From Rubripirellula sp. (GTDB taxonomy: Bacteria; Planctomycetota; Planctomycetia; Pirellulales; Pirellulaceae), in assembly GCA_965216875.1 (NCBI GenBank), contig OZ244207.1, forward strand, positions 6,720,001 to 6,784,000: DNA of 64,000 bases. Direction: 5' to 3'. Numbering within the stretch: the first letter of the stretch is position 1; the number at the start of each line of letters is the position of its first letter. The translations under genes and the position numbers were made by a program. Positions 9,737 to 19,755 of this stretch are shown here, one piece after another. The notes under the pieces are model-generated. The model was not told where the DNA came from and made no database searches. It was given only the letters and a program-made list of their open reading frames with translations.

Positions 9737-10408
9737 ATGAAATCGACGACTCAAGTTTTGCGCCGTGTTTCAATGTTCGCCTTGACGGTGATCGTTTTGT
9801 TTATCGGAAGTCGTATCATGCTTCCGTTTTCATTGTACCTGCCGCCCCGTTTTGACGCCGGCTTCCTGGAAAGCAAACGCGAGTTCTTCTACTCGAGCGG
9901 CTATTTTGTTGGCTTCTACGCGCACATCCTTGCATCGCCCATTGCGTTGGTGTGTGGACTGGCTCAAACGAGCCAAACGGTACGCGAGGTATTTCCACAG
10001 TTTCACCGCGCCGTTGGTCGTGTCTACGTAACGCTTGTATTGGTGTTCGCAGCACCGGGTGGCTTGGTGATGTCAACGGTCGCTGGAGGTGGCTGGTCCG
10101 GGAAAGTCTGCTTTTCGGTGATCAGTCTTCTCACTTGGGGGTTCACGTTCGTTGGCTGGCGTCATGCAAGGGCGAAACGGTATGCCCGGCACGGTCGCTG
10201 GATGATTCGAAGCTATGTCATGATGTGCTCCGCAGTTCTGCTGCGCATCAATCATGTTTTGCTGGAGCCGACCTCACTCGATGCTCAATTGAAATACCAG
10301 TTGTCGGCTTGGCTGAGTTTTGTTCCGAGTATGATTCTGGTTGAGTTTTTGCTAGGTCGCAAAGTGATCCTAGGACTACCGCCAAAAGCACAAAAAGGAA
10401 AAAGCTGA
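9737..10408 (+). CDS. DUF2306-like integral membrane protein
   Basis: FYAHI, FHRAVGRVYV, HGRWMIRSY motifs; about 6 TM segments. Confidence 0.8.
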   Translation: MKSTTQVLRRVSMFALTVIVLFIGSRIMLPFSLYLPPRFDAGFLESKREFFYSSGYFVGFYAHILASPIALVCGLAQTSQTVREVFPQFHRAVGRVYVTLVLVFAAPGGLVMSTVAGGGWSGKVCFSVISLLTWGFTFVGWRHARAKRYARHGRWMIRSYVMMCSAVLLRINHVLLEPTSLDAQLKYQLSAWLSFVPSMILVEFLLGRKVILGLPPKAQKGKS

Positions 10409-10456
10409 ACGGGATCCCACCTGCTGCTTTTCGTGCCCTGTTGTGCTTTTCGTGGC
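10381..10456. repeat. Inverted pair of A-rich family H repeats between convergent genes
   Basis: GCCAAAAGCACAAAAAGGAAAAAG and TTTTCGTGCCCTGTTGTGCTTTTCGTGGC; the latter is an inverted relative of 9172-9200. Confidence 0.65.
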
Positions 10457-10465
10457 TACGTCTAC

Positions 10466-12124
10466 CTATCTCCAAAAGTAGTGCCAGTTCACGGTGACCG
10501 ACTTTGATTCGCCCGCTGCGAGTTCGACTTGCCAGCGACCTGATTGGATCGGGTTGAGGTAGTTCCACCAGTACGGCCAATTGTAGGCGTACCACCAGCT
10601 CGGTCGGTACTTCAATCGTTCGTGGAACATCGGGGTGACAGCTTCGCCACCTTTGGAGACTTCGTCCACTTCGCCCAAAACACGCCGGACCACTTCGATC
10701 TTGAGAGGTTTGTCGCGGTAGTTGGTCAGGTGCACCGAGCTGGCCACGTCGACTCGATAGTAGTCTTCACCGTTGTGGCGGATCGCTTTCGCCGTTCGGC
10801 CAGTTGCGTTGTCTTCCTGGCGAACTTGAATGTCGACCGCCGCGGTGACTTCCAGGTCGACCCGACCGCCGATGGCGGTGTAGGTCATCATCGACTGAGC
10901 CAGCACCATTCCTTTGGCTTCATCGAAGAGGATCGCGGGCCCGGTCGTCAGAGGTGCGTCGGTCTTGTTGGAGAGTCGTACGTAGCGGTGAACCTTGGGG
11001 CGATTCATCAACCGCATGAGTTCGTGGGCGCGAACGTTGCTGTATTGCTGGAATTCCGTCGGCGGGATCGAGTCGACCTCGAGTTTGTAGATTTCTTCAA
11101 ATGGAACGGTCCACGTACCGAGGGTGTGAATCTGACGCTCGCCCGACTTCATCGTGACGCTAGGAAGGTGGAAAAGGGACAGTTCGCCAGGATTGCTCGG
11201 ATCTTGTTCGATCTCGTCCATCTCGCTCGGCTGTGCCACTTGTCGTCCGCGGTGATCGCCCATACGCGAAACCTGGGTCATCATCGAATTGGACATCCCG
11301 TAGGCGGTTTGGGTTGCTTCTTGAAAGAACCCCGAGAGTTGGACTTGATTGGATTCTCGATCGAGTCCTGCGATGGGATCGAACGTGTGTTTGAACTGAA
11401 ACGATGGGACGCCAACGACAAGGTTTACTGAGGTGTTTTCCAGATCGATCATCTCATTGATCAAAGTCGCTTGCAGCGAGACCTTCGCGTTGCCGTCGGC
11501 ACCGAGCGAAACTTTGTAGCTGGGGATCCAACGAATTCCCTTTTGCAAATAAGTCATCCCAATGCGCGCTTGCGGCTTCTGGTTGCCGTCCCAGTCAAGA
11601 CGCATTTCAAGAACCGTTTTTTGAGTTTTGCTGACGCCCAGTTCGTCGCTGGGTCGTTCGTCGAAGGCGATGTCGGTGACCTTCTCGATCAATAGCAGTC
11701 GGAATCCCTCGTCGGTTTGGAGCATGACCGTGGTGTCGGTCACTCGAGCGATTTCGCCGAGAATGGTTTCCTCGTCGATCGTGACGCGCACCCGCTTTCC
11801 AACGTTCGCTTGAATGTATTCGGCGTGGCTGGCCGCGCGCTTGGTTGACTCGGTTGTGCGTTTAGCAAGTGCGATGCTTTTCATCGCCGCGCCCGGCTCG
11901 TCGCAATAGGCCCAGAACGTTCCCATCACCGGACGTGGCAGGTTGTCGATCGAGACCGATCCGTCATCGCTGGTTTTGGCCAGGCCATGGCGTAGCAGCA
12001 TCGCGTGGCCATCTTTGAAGACCGTCACTTCACGAACCGGCAACGCAGGTGCAGAATCATCGGCGCTAGTGTGCCCGCTGACGAATCCAACGCAGAGTCC
12101 AAGCAGTAGAAAAACACGAAGCAT
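10466..12124 (-). CDS. Secreted DUF4139-like protein
   Basis: Signal peptide; EVTVFKDGHA, YLQKGIRWIPSY, LTTGPA, WQVELAAGESKSV. Confidence 0.75.
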   Translation of the reverse strand: MLRVFLLLGLCVGFVSGHTSADDSAPALPVREVTVFKDGHAMLLRHGLAKTSDDGSVSIDNLPRPVMGTFWAYCDEPGAAMKSIALAKRTTESTKRAASHAEYIQANVGKRVRVTIDEETILGEIARVTDTTVMLQTDEGFRLLLIEKVTDIAFDERPSDELGVSKTQKTVLEMRLDWDGNQKPQARIGMTYLQKGIRWIPSYKVSLGADGNAKVSLQATLINEMIDLENTSVNLVVGVPSFQFKHTFDPIAGLDRESNQVQLSGFFQEATQTAYGMSNSMMTQVSRMGDHRGRQVAQPSEMDEIEQDPSNPGELSLFHLPSVTMKSGERQIHTLGTWTVPFEEIYKLEVDSIPPTEFQQYSNVRAHELMRLMNRPKVHRYVRLSNKTDAPLTTGPAILFDEAKGMVLAQSMMTYTAIGGRVDLEVTAAVDIQVRQEDNATGRTAKAIRHNGEDYYRVDVASSVHLTNYRDKPLKIEVVRRVLGEVDEVSKGGEAVTPMFHERLKYRPSWWYAYNWPYWWNYLNPIQSGRWQVELAAGESKSVTVNWHYFWR

Positions 12125-12236
12125 TGCGCATCCTTTTCAAGTAAGAGAAGCAATGCTCTCTATTTAAGCGGAGGTCCAGTAAGGACGGCGCAACGTGTTT
12201 GTAACAAGGTTCCGCGGTGAGGCCTTGGTTCTATCT

Positions 12237-12413
12237 GTGAGCCGAACGCGCTAGCGTCGGGCCCTTGAGAGGGCTGTGTAGGCCGGATCAAGGAGCGACA
12301 GCGACGCGGATCCGGCACGATCGAAACTCACGCCGTGTCGGATTATTGACCAATCGAATCGGAGTGCCCTCCCCGGGCTTTAGCGCCCGACCCTCCCGCA
12401 AGCAGGAGGGTGA
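12237..12413. repeat. REP mosaic: family B (12237-12263), family E (12278-12317), family G (12367-12413)
   Basis: GTGAGCCGAACGCGCTAGCGTCGGGCC; GTAGGCCGGATCAAGGAGCGACAGCGACGCGGATCCGGCA; CCCTCCCGCAAGCAGGAGGGTGA. Confidence 0.85.
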
Positions 12414-12429
12414 TGTCTTACCGATGCTC

Positions 12430-12469
12430 AAAAAAAAACGGGCGTCGACAAGAAAGTCGACGCCCGTTT
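12430..12469 (-). terminator. Rho-independent terminator of gap
   Basis: Minus strand: AAACGGGCGTCGAC-TTTCTT-GTCGACGCCCG-T9, about 30 nt after the gap stop. Confidence 0.9.
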
Positions 12470-12498
12470 GCGTTTTAGCGATTTAGCTTTCAGCGGGA

Positions 12499-13527
<1,029 letters not shown>

Positions 13528-13667
13528 TCAGATTTTGTTTGTCAGCGGCACGCTGGCTCGGCTAGCGAGGGTGGCAAGGAGCCTTCGTTGTTGTGCCTGA
13601 AACGCTTGTGCGAACACTCCATTACCCATCGCATTCGCGACGCGGATTATAGGGATCGAAACCGAAA

Positions 13668-14504
13668 TTGAACCAGCCCCCGAAACTTGACGCACCTGCG
13701 CAGTGGCGTCGTCCGCCCGGCGTCGCCCCCGGAACTTGGGACTATGTCAACCAGCGGGCAATCGCGGACCGTTACGACGCGTTTGTGGCGGATACTCCGC
13801 TATGTCGCCTGGATGAATCGATCCTTCACAAGCATTTCCCCAGCGTGGGGTCCGAAACAGACTGCGCGGTGATCGATCTCGGATGCGGCAGTGGCCGCGC
13901 CGCTTTGCCACTTTCCCGCCGTGGCTACCAAGTCGTCGGGGTCGATCTGAGCCCCGCGATGTTGAGTGTGATGCGAGACAAATTGATCGAAACCGAAGCC
14001 GGTTCAACGCATGATTCTGGGCATCGCGGTGCCGTCCACGCCGTCCAAGCCAGCATTGTCGATCTCGATTGCTTTGGCGACCAATCAATCGATCACGCGG
14101 TTTGTTTGTTCGCAACGATTGGAATGGTGCAAGGTCGCAAGCATCGTCGTCAAATGCTCACCCACGTGCGTCGCATCGTCAAACCGGGCGGCAAGTTTGT
14201 GCTGCACGCTCATAACATCATGGCTTCGCTGCACGAACCGGGTGGCAAGAGGGCGGCGCTCAAGTCGTTGGTCAAGTCGCTCGCCAGCAGCGAGCATGAC
14301 TTCGGCGACGCCTACTATGCGTACCGCGGACTCGAGAACATGTTCATGCACCGGTTCACGCAAAGTGAGTTGAAACGCGACCTAAGCGAGTCGGGTTGGC
14401 AGATTGACCAGTGGAACCTTGTGTCGCCCGATGGCTCGTCGCTTATTTCGTCGGCAGGAGTGTTGGGGTCGAAAGCAGGTGGTTTTATCGTCGTTGCATC
14501 GTAG
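13668..14504 (+). CDS. Class I SAM-dependent methyltransferase
   Basis: VIDLGCGSGR, GVDLSPAML, VKPGGKFV; TTG start. Confidence 0.88.
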   Translation: MNQPPKLDAPAQWRRPPGVAPGTWDYVNQRAIADRYDAFVADTPLCRLDESILHKHFPSVGSETDCAVIDLGCGSGRAALPLSRRGYQVVGVDLSPAMLSVMRDKLIETEAGSTHDSGHRGAVHAVQASIVDLDCFGDQSIDHAVCLFATIGMVQGRKHRRQMLTHVRRIVKPGGKFVLHAHNIMASLHEPGGKRAALKSLVKSLASSEHDFGDAYYAYRGLENMFMHRFTQSELKRDLSESGWQIDQWNLVSPDGSSLISSAGVLGSKAGGFIVVAS

Positions 14505-14525
14505 AGAGCCGAGCGCGTTTTCAGC

Positions 14526-14643
14526 CCGTATCTACCTTCGCCAGAAGGTGGTTCCTGTTGGTGGGCCGCTTTCCACGATCACCACGCTCTGGCGAGCGTA
14601 GCTACGTTGAGCGTGGGGCCCGATGCTAGCGCATTCGGCTCAC
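14526..14643. repeat. REP mosaic: family A doublet (14526-14551, 14582-14606) plus family B (14617-14643, minus)
   Basis: CCGTATCTACCTTCGCCAGAAGGTGG / CCACGCTCTGGCGAGCGTAGCTACG; GGCCCGATGCTAGCGCATTCGGCTCAC. Confidence 0.85.
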
Positions 14644-14644
14644 G

Positions 14645-17059
14645 TTAGAAGAGCTTCGATGCGATTCCGGACTGGTCGACTTGCCATGGCATCCAAACGA
14701 TCATGGGAGTTTCGACTTTTAGGTCGCTCTTGCGAGGTGGGATCTCGGTGGCTTCGAGTTCGATGTCATCGAGGTTGTATTCTTCGGCAAGGGCATCGAG
14801 GTCTTCTTCGAGAGCTTCTTCGAGTTCTTTCAAGTCTTCGCCGAGCATTTGGAGCGCTTCTTCGGCGCGTTTCACATCACTTCCCTGTTGGCTCGCATAA
14901 CTGACGCCTCGAGCGACGGTCGACATTTTGGTGCGGCGACCACCGAGGAACCCGCCGAGCAGTGCGCCGACGATTTTCGAACCGGCCGAAATCATCGAGG
15001 TGCGGCTTTGCCCTTTTTCTCGATCAACACGTGCTTCGGCAGTTTGGATCTTCTTTTCGAGCGATCGCACTTTCGATTCGTGTTTGTCTCGCAGTTTTTC
15101 AATCTGCTCGTCGCGAGCCTCGCGCAGTTTGTGCTTGAAGTGTGCCTTGGCGTCACTTTCATCACCGTAGGGTGCGTAGCCCTTCACCAATGGCGACTTG
15201 TAAAGCGTTGCACTGCAACTGCGGTAGAGATGATCTTTCAGTTGAGAGCGGTAGGAGCGGAAGTTGCTCTTGCTGCAGAGTTCATCGGGCAGGGACGTGA
15301 ATCCGATGTCTTCTTCTGGTTCTTCAAGCAGGTCGATGTCTTCGCCGAGGGCGGCACTCTGTTCCCAAAGGTCCTCGGGGACGGCGCGGCTGCAATCAAC
15401 GATTTGTTTTGCATCTTTCCAAACATCAAGGTCGGCGGTGGCCCGAATGAAATGCATCGACGCTTCGCCGTAAACAGCGGGGCGATACACAAGCTTGCTC
15501 TCTTTGGATGGTCGCAAGTTGACGGCGATGAACCGCTCCTCGACGCCTGAAGGAACCACGGGACGTTCGAGTTTCTTTTCTTCGGGTGCTTCGATCGGCT
15601 CGCCAGTTTCCGAATCGGTTTGCATTGCCGCTTTGCGATTGGCCATCAGTTTGGTGATCTGCCCGCGCGCAAGCGGGCCGGCAAGGAACGACATCGCCCA
15701 ACGGGTTTGGAAGACCGAGGGAAAGCCATCGTGGACGTTGTTCATCAAGAAGACTCGGTTGCCGAGGCCGGCAAGCACTTCTTCCATGCGGCCGCGATCA
15801 AACTCTTGTCCGGCTTGTCCGGCGGCTCCTTCGAGACCTTCCAGGACGCGCGCCTTGTCGCGTTCTGTTTGCAAACGTCCGAGGAACCACGTGCCGATGT
15901 TCGACAGGCCTTTGTAGTCGAGGTCGACGGGGTTTTGGGTGGCCAGTGTGATTCCCAATCCGAAGGCACGTGCTTGTTTGAGCAGCGTCAACATCGGCGG
16001 TTTCGAGGGCGGGTTGCTGACAGGCGGGAAGTACCCGGCCACTTCGTCCATGTAGAAGAGTGCGCGAAGCGAACTGGTCCCCATCTGTGTCCGCATCCAG
16101 GCAAGCAACTCGTTTAGCAAGATGGTCACGAAGAACATCCGTTCGCTATCGTTGAGATGAGCGATCGAAAGGATCGTGAGCCGCGGTTTTCCTTCGGGGG
16201 TGTAGAGCAGCCGTTTGATCGAAAGTGCTTCGCCCTCAAGCCAAGACGCGAACGCAGGCGAGGCGAGCAAGTTGTTGAGACGCATCGCCAGCTTGCCGCG
16301 ATCGGATGGCGACATGAACGAATCGACGTCAACGACACCAACGCGTTTGATCGGCGGCGATTGAATCAGTCGGATCAATTGGCCGATGCCGACGTTCTTT
16401 CCTTCGCTCCATTGGTGCGACAAGATCGAAGAGAGCAAGATGTGTTCGGGCGAGATCATGGGATCGGCTTCGATCCCCATCAGCGTCAATAGACCAGAGA
16501 CAGCGCCGGTGACTTTGTCGCCAATCAGTTCTTTGTCGTCACGAGCTTCCGGGGGCGGAGCATCGAAGCTCTTTAGGACGGTCAGTGGCAGACCGATGTT
16601 GCTGCCCGGCGTGTAGATGGCGACATCGACGGCGTCTTTGAGTTTTTGGATGCGTTCGGGCGATTCGCCCCAAGAGGCCAAACCGTTCTTCCAGAGTTCG
16701 GCTTTGTCGGCGGCGAGTTGGTCAAGCGTGACGCCTTTGCGTGTTGCCTCGCCCTCTTCGAGCCACGGCTTGAAGTCTTCGGGGCGAAGTTCCGGGAAGG
16801 TGAGCAGCAAGTTGGCCAGGTCCCCTTTGGGGTCGACGCAGATGGCGGGAATCCCATCGATTGCCGCCTCTTCCAAAAGCGAAATGCAGAGCCCCGTTTT
16901 GCCGCTGCCGGTCATGCCGACGCACATCGCGTGAGTGCACAGGTCTTTGGCGTCATACATCAATAAATCGTCGGTCATTTCGCCAAGATCGAGGTCGAAG
17001 TGGCGACCGAGGTAGAACGAAGCGAGCTTTTCGAAGACGGCGGCAGAAGGAGTGGTCAT
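14645..17059 (-). CDS. HerA/FtsK-superfamily P-loop ATPase (DUF87/DUF853-like) with C-terminal coiled coil
   Basis: THAMCVGMTGSGKT, FYMDEVAG, KQARAFG, ATQNPVD; ATG 17059 preferred. Confidence 0.85.
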   Translation of the reverse strand: MTTPSAAVFEKLASFYLGRHFDLDLGEMTDDLLMYDAKDLCTHAMCVGMTGSGKTGLCISLLEEAAIDGIPAICVDPKGDLANLLLTFPELRPEDFKPWLEEGEATRKGVTLDQLAADKAELWKNGLASWGESPERIQKLKDAVDVAIYTPGSNIGLPLTVLKSFDAPPPEARDDKELIGDKVTGAVSGLLTLMGIEADPMISPEHILLSSILSHQWSEGKNVGIGQLIRLIQSPPIKRVGVVDVDSFMSPSDRGKLAMRLNNLLASPAFASWLEGEALSIKRLLYTPEGKPRLTILSIAHLNDSERMFFVTILLNELLAWMRTQMGTSSLRALFYMDEVAGYFPPVSNPPSKPPMLTLLKQARAFGLGITLATQNPVDLDYKGLSNIGTWFLGRLQTERDKARVLEGLEGAAGQAGQEFDRGRMEEVLAGLGNRVFLMNNVHDGFPSVFQTRWAMSFLAGPLARGQITKLMANRKAAMQTDSETGEPIEAPEEKKLERPVVPSGVEERFIAVNLRPSKESKLVYRPAVYGEASMHFIRATADLDVWKDAKQIVDCSRAVPEDLWEQSAALGEDIDLLEEPEEDIGFTSLPDELCSKSNFRSYRSQLKDHLYRSCSATLYKSPLVKGYAPYGDESDAKAHFKHKLREARDEQIEKLRDKHESKVRSLEKKIQTAEARVDREKGQSRTSMISAGSKIVGALLGGFLGGRRTKMSTVARGVSYASQQGSDVKRAEEALQMLGEDLKELEEALEEDLDALAEEYNLDDIELEATEIPPRKSDLKVETPMIVWMPWQVDQSGIASKLF

Positions 17060-17250
17060 ATCGCTAGCAGAAAAGAAGGTCGTGTCGTCCGTGCAAACCA
17101 CACAGGCTCGGTACGTTCATGTTTTACACGATCCGCTGTGATCAAGAACATGATCGTCGCGACGAAAGTCGCAGCCACCCTACGAAGCGAGTGATCGCTG
17201 CGCTATGATGTGTCAATTCGACGACGTGCCAGAAAACAATCGAGACACCA

Positions 17251-18096
17251 ATGCTTGAGATCTACGACCAAATCCAGGATGCTTGTGCCAAGATTCGTAG
17301 CGAGTTCGCCGAGACTCCTCGGGTTGGAATCATTCTCGGAACCGGCCTTGGTGGATTGGCCGAGGAAGTTGAGATCGAAGCAGCCATCGACTACGGCGAC
17401 ATCCCGCACTTTCCGGTGTCGACCGCAACAAGTCATCGTGGAAGGTTGGTATGCGGCCGTTTGGCTGGCGTGCCAATCGTGGCCATGGAAGGCCGTTTTC
17501 ATTTGTACGAGGGGTACTCGCTCAAACAAATCACCTTGCCGGTCCGTGTCTTCAAAGAGTTGGGCGCGGACTTGATGGTTGTCAGCAATGCCTGCGGTGG
17601 ATTGAACCCCTACTACAACGGCGGCGACATCATGGTGATCGACGACATCATCAACCTGATGGGCGACAATCCGTTGATCGGCATCAACGACGATCGACTT
17701 GGCCCTCGGTTCCCGGACATGTGTGAACCGTACGATCAGCAATGGATCGATCGCACGATGGAAATCGCGCGGCGCGAAGGCATCGCAACTCACAAAGGCG
17801 TTTTTGTCGCCGTCTCGGGTCCGAACTTGGAAACGCGCGCCGAGTACCGCATGTTGCGAACGATGGGCGCCGATGTGGTTGGCATGAGCACCGTGCCCGA
17901 GACCATCGTGGCCGTTCACTGCGGACTCAAGACGGTTGGGTTGAGTGTCATCACGGACATGTGTTTGCCCGATGCGCTTCAACCAGCCAACGTGGAAGAG
18001 ATCATCGCAACGGCAAACGAGGCTTCGCCAAAGTTGATATCGATCGTCAAAGGCATCGTTGCCGAAGCCGATCAAATTCGTATGGCAAACGCGTGA
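17251..18096 (+). CDS. Purine nucleoside phosphorylase, trimeric type (paralog 1)
   Basis: IILGTGLG, GRFHLYEG, SNACGG, GPNLETRAE, GMSTVPE. Confidence 0.95.
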   Translation: MLEIYDQIQDACAKIRSEFAETPRVGIILGTGLGGLAEEVEIEAAIDYGDIPHFPVSTATSHRGRLVCGRLAGVPIVAMEGRFHLYEGYSLKQITLPVRVFKELGADLMVVSNACGGLNPYYNGGDIMVIDDIINLMGDNPLIGINDDRLGPRFPDMCEPYDQQWIDRTMEIARREGIATHKGVFVAVSGPNLETRAEYRMLRTMGADVVGMSTVPETIVAVHCGLKTVGLSVITDMCLPDALQPANVEEIIATANEASPKLISIVKGIVAEADQIRMANA

Positions 18097-18100
18097 GTCC

Positions 18101-18949
18101 ATGTCGAATCTCGAGACGATTTCGATGCCGCAACTGTTGGCCGAGGCGGCCCAGCGGGTGCGCAGCCAATGTGACTTGGTCCCCAGTTCGGCGATCATCT
18201 TAGGCAGCGGTCTTGGCGGACTTGCGGACAAGATCGAGCAGCCGACGTCGATCCCTTACGACGAGATTCCTGGTTTTGCACGTTCGACCGCTGGGGGGCA
18301 TCGCGGTCAGTTGATCTTGGGCCATTTGACGGACCATGTGTCAGGGAAGCGATGCCCGGTCGTTGCGATGGCAGGTCGTTTCCATCGTTACGAAGGTTGG
18401 GACGGACGGCAGATTGCGTTTCCTGTCCAGTTGATGTCACAGCTCGGTGCGACTCGATTGGTTGTCAGCAATGCGGCCGGAGGTGTGAACCCCAAGTTTC
18501 GCGTCGGTGACATCGTGGTGCTTCGCGATCACATTGATCGAATCAACGTGAACTTAGGTTTGGAAACTTCATCGGCAACGGGCGTGCCGATTCGGTCTGA
18601 TCGCGTCTACGACGACGCGTTGTCGCGGCTTGCCATCGAAGTCTCGCTCGAGGGGCGTTTTCAGGCTTGGGAAGGAACCTACCTCGCGACGACTGGGCCG
18701 AACTACGAAACTCGGGCGGAGTATCGGATGATGCGCCGAATGGGCGCCGATCTGGCCGGGATGAGTACCGTTCCTGAGGTCTTGGTCGCGGCGAGTTTAG
18801 GAATGCGCATTCTAGGTCTATCGATGGTTAGCAATGTTGCCAATCCAGACCGGCCAATCCAAGCGAATCACGAAGAAGTTCTAGAGGCGGGCCGGCTTGC
18901 GGAGGTTAAGATGGAGGCGATCGTACGCAGGGCTGTCGCGTACGCCTAA
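18101..18949 (+). CDS. Purine nucleoside phosphorylase, trimeric type (paralog 2)
   Basis: IILGSGLG, GRFHRYEG, SNAAGG, GPNYETRAE, GMSTVPE. Confidence 0.93.
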   Translation: MSNLETISMPQLLAEAAQRVRSQCDLVPSSAIILGSGLGGLADKIEQPTSIPYDEIPGFARSTAGGHRGQLILGHLTDHVSGKRCPVVAMAGRFHRYEGWDGRQIAFPVQLMSQLGATRLVVSNAAGGVNPKFRVGDIVVLRDHIDRINVNLGLETSSATGVPIRSDRVYDDALSRLAIEVSLEGRFQAWEGTYLATTGPNYETRAEYRMMRRMGADLAGMSTVPEVLVAASLGMRILGLSMVSNVANPDRPIQANHEEVLEAGRLAEVKMEAIVRRAVAYA

Positions 18950-18973
18950 TCGCTGATCGGAACGCTTTCCCCT

Positions 18974-19750
18974 ATGTCTTCGCCTCCAGACTCATCGTTC
19001 TCCGACCCCGATGGCTCGGGTTTGTCACCAGACAAGAAGTCGCCAGAGCATCATTTTTCGATGCTCGATTACAAGTTGCACGAGTTGCAGCCGGCGATTC
19101 AATCGGTGCCGGTTTCGGAAAGCGACGAGAACCTCACCGAAATACAAATCGACAATGCGGCTGGCCAACATGCCGCGATGATGCGTCTGGATCACCCCGT
19201 TCGACTTCATGTCGATGGCCCGCTTGGTGACTACGCGTTTGCGTTCAATTCTCAAACTGATGTTCGATTGACCGGTTCGGTTGGCCACGGGGTCGCCGAG
19301 GGAATGGCATCGGGTGCTGTCCGGATTCGAGGCGATGCTGGCGAAGGCGCTGGGGCGGCGATGACAGGCGGCACGCTTGCCATCTATGGCACGGCAGGGC
19401 ATCGATGCGGCGCGGGTATGCGAGGCGGCGGGATTTTCGTTCGCGGCGATGTTGGCGATGAGACTGCGGTTGGCGCACTTGGTGGGATGATCGTGATCGG
19501 TGGCGATGCGGGCGAGAAGCTAGGCGATGCGATGAACAACGTGACCGTCTTTATTCGCGGCCGAGCAAAGAGTTTGGCTGAAGGTGTCATCGAAGCTCCC
19601 CTGCGAAAACGCGAGCTCCTGCGGCTTGGCTTGCTTTTGATCAATGCGTCCATTCGGGGTGAAGCCAAAGACTTTCGCCGGATCGTGCCCGAAGCCATGC
19701 TGCATGCCGAGCAATCGCAGCGCGGCGAACTCAATCCCAATTGGAGGTAA
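18974..19750 (+). CDS. GXGXG beta-helix protein (GltB C-terminal/FwdC/MgsB-like)
   Basis: Repeated G-x-x-G-x-x-x-G-x-x-M-x-G-G units (GMASG, AMTGG, GMRGG). Confidence 0.85.
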   Translation: MSSPPDSSFSDPDGSGLSPDKKSPEHHFSMLDYKLHELQPAIQSVPVSESDENLTEIQIDNAAGQHAAMMRLDHPVRLHVDGPLGDYAFAFNSQTDVRLTGSVGHGVAEGMASGAVRIRGDAGEGAGAAMTGGTLAIYGTAGHRCGAGMRGGGIFVRGDVGDETAVGALGGMIVIGGDAGEKLGDAMNNVTVFIRGRAKSLAEGVIEAPLRKRELLRLGLLLINASIRGEAKDFRRIVPEAMLHAEQSQRGELNPNWR

Positions 19751-19755
19751 TTGAC

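Noticed and set aside
17155..17183. Single GTAG-hairpin (minus strand GTAGGGTGGCTGCGACTTTCGTCGC)
   Set aside because: Only one copy in the window, so it cannot be supported as a repeat family
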